The notes under the pieces were generated by a model. It made no database searches, was not told where the DNA came from, and saw only the letters and a list, made by a program, of their open reading frames with translations. This document shows positions 15,174-16,655 of a DNA stretch of 16,655 bases, in pieces. The stretch lies in the NCBI GenBank assembly GCA_964510165.1, contig CAZEBC010000005.1, positions 13,184 to 29,838 on the forward strand. Reading direction: 5' to 3'. The translations under genes were made by a program, and so were the position numbers. The stretch is from an uncultured bacterium. GTDB taxonomy: Bacteria; Abyssobacteria; SURF-5. Within the stretch, counting starts at the first letter, position 1. Every line of letters starts with the position of its first letter.

Positions 15174-16238
15174 CTAGCGTACCTTCTTCGCATGCTCGGG
15201 GCTCATCGCCCTCAATTGACCGCAGGCGGCGTCTATGTCAACCCCTCGCGAGCGGCGTATGAACGCCAATATGCCGCGCCTTCTCAATTCGGACTGAAAC
15301 TCCAAAACCTTCTCGTGACTCGGCGGTCCGAAGTCGCCGGGCGAAACCGCATTGTACGGAATCAGGTTGACCTTTGCCTCGAGCGACCGGCAGATTTCCC
15401 ACAGTCTGGCCGCGTCCTCGAGCGAATCGTTCTCGCCCTCGATTAGCATGTATTCCACGGTCAGCGGCGTTCTCCGGTTCTTGACAAGCCGCCCGCATGC
15501 TTCGACCACCTGTTCTATCGGATATCTCCTGTTTATCGGCATCAGCCGATCTCGGGTCTTGTTGTCAACCGCGTGCAACGACAACGCTACCCGAACCGGC
15601 AAGTCATCGCCCGCCAGCTTGGATATGCCCGGCACGTAGCCCGCCGTCGAGATTGTGACCCGCCTCTTGCCCAAGGCGAACCCACGCTCGTGAAGGAATA
15701 TTCGAACCGCCTTCGCCATGTTATCGTAATTTGCCAATGGCTCTCCCATTCCCATGAGCACGATGTTTGTCAGGCGTCCCGCGTCCGCGTCGAATTTCGC
15801 ATGGCGTGCCTGGTCCACGATCTCGCCCGAGGTCAGGTTGCGCGCCAATCCGCCGGCTCCGCTGGCGCAGAAAGCACAACCGAATGCGCACCCCACCTGA
15901 GTGGAGATGCACACCGTGCTCCGCCCGCCCTCCGGCAGGAGAACCGCCTCCACCTGCGCCCCATCGCGCAGCACAAACAGATATTTCTTCGTTCGGTCTC
16001 GTGATTGCTGCACCTTTGCCGGAACCAGGTTTGTAATGAAGAAATCGCGAGCCAGTTCCTCTCGCAGCCCCTTCGAGAGATTGGTCATTTCATCAAATGA
16101 GCGCGCGCCATGCGCATACAGCCATTCCAGCACTTGGGCCGACCGGTATCTCTCAAGCTCACGCTCCGCGAAAAAAGCCTCTACCTCCTCCGGCAAAAGA
16201 CCGAGGAGATCGATTTTGTCTTCGGACTGCTCCGGCAT
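15174..16238 (-). CDS. rlmN: Dual-specificity 23S rRNA (A2503)/tRNA (A37) C2-methyltransferase RlmN (radical SAM)
   Basis: TVCISTQVGCAFGCAFCASG (CxxxCxxC), MGMGEPL, ITIST-like VTISTAG, SLHA, VNLIPYN, DIDAACGQL. Confidence 0.96.
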   Translation of the reverse strand: MPEQSEDKIDLLGLLPEEVEAFFAERELERYRSAQVLEWLYAHGARSFDEMTNLSKGLREELARDFFITNLVPAKVQQSRDRTKKYLFVLRDGAQVEAVLLPEGGRSTVCISTQVGCAFGCAFCASGAGGLARNLTSGEIVDQARHAKFDADAGRLTNIVLMGMGEPLANYDNMAKAVRIFLHERGFALGKRRVTISTAGYVPGISKLAGDDLPVRVALSLHAVDNKTRDRLMPINRRYPIEQVVEACGRLVKNRRTPLTVEYMLIEGENDSLEDAARLWEICRSLEAKVNLIPYNAVSPGDFGPPSHEKVLEFQSELRRRGILAFIRRSRGVDIDAACGQLRAMSPEHAKKVR

Positions 16239-16242
16239 TTCT

Positions 16243-16650
16243 TCACCCCTTCTCTCCGAAGACCTGGACTATGACCGAGCGACGACGCGGCCCGTCGAAC
16301 TCGCAGAAGAAGACACCCTGCCATGTTCCGAGTGTGAGGCTTGAGTCGCTGATGGGGATCATATGAGAAAAGCCGACGAGCGCCGACTTTATGTGGCTGT
16401 CGGAATTGCCCTCGGCATGCCGATGGTCCGGGTCGTCGCGCGGCGCTAGCCGCCTCAAAGTCGCGAGGATATCCCGCTGAACGCTGGGGTCGGCGTTCTC
16501 GTTCACGGTCACTCCCGCCGTCGTGTGCGGCACATACACCACGCATATCCCCTCGCGAACGCCCGATTTCTTCACGAGCCTCTGCACCGACTCGGTGATG
16601 TCAATGAACTCTTCCCTTGATTTGCTCGAGACCGATATCCTTTCCAGCAT
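16243..16650 (-). CDS. yjbQ: YjbQ/UPF0047 family protein (secondary thiamine-phosphate synthase)
   Basis: [47 protein letters not shown]; 4 bp upstream of rlmN. The start is at the window edge, so the RBS is not visible. Confidence 0.93.
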   Translation of the reverse strand: MLERISVSSKSREEFIDITESVQRLVKKSGVREGICVVYVPHTTAGVTVNENADPSVQRDILATLRRLAPRDDPDHRHAEGNSDSHIKSALVGFSHMIPISDSSLTLGTWQGVFFCEFDGPRRRSVIVQVFGEKG

Positions 16651-16655
16651 AGAGA

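Noticed and set aside
15174-16238. Cfr-type antibiotic resistance methyltransferase
   Set aside because: MGMGEPL and the overall motif pattern fit housekeeping RlmN, in a core-gene context with no mobile element.

Overview
A GC-rich, gene-dense window from a diderm (Gram-negative-type) bacterium, with no mobile element, CRISPR array or RNA gene that I can see. It holds 13 credible genes. On the + strand: a crotonase, then a PAS/HisKA_3 kinase with a NarL-type regulator. Converging on these from the - strand: a Cu(I)/Ag(I) efflux operon (TolC-family OMF, cusB fused to DUF3347, cusA) preceded by a full sigma54 promoter layout (-24/-12 box, IHF site, TGT-N10-ACA site). Diverging from it, from a near-consensus sigma70 promoter: an FHA-GGDEF gene, a sirtuin (cobB) and an RCK-gated K+ channel. 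Then a YghO/bCerS-like GNAT converging on an Aur1/IPT1-like PAP2 protein, and finally rlmN and yjbQ. Best leads: (1) the FHA-GGDEF protein has Thr in place of the guanine-reading Asp, the Hypr (3',3'-cGAMP synthase) signature, in a DgcB-like phospho-tail/FHA architecture, next to CobB and an RCK_C channel; (2) a possible ceramide synthase plus phosphoceramide-synthase pair; (3) a sigma54/IHF-driven cus operon. All functional calls come from reading motifs by eye; no searches were run.
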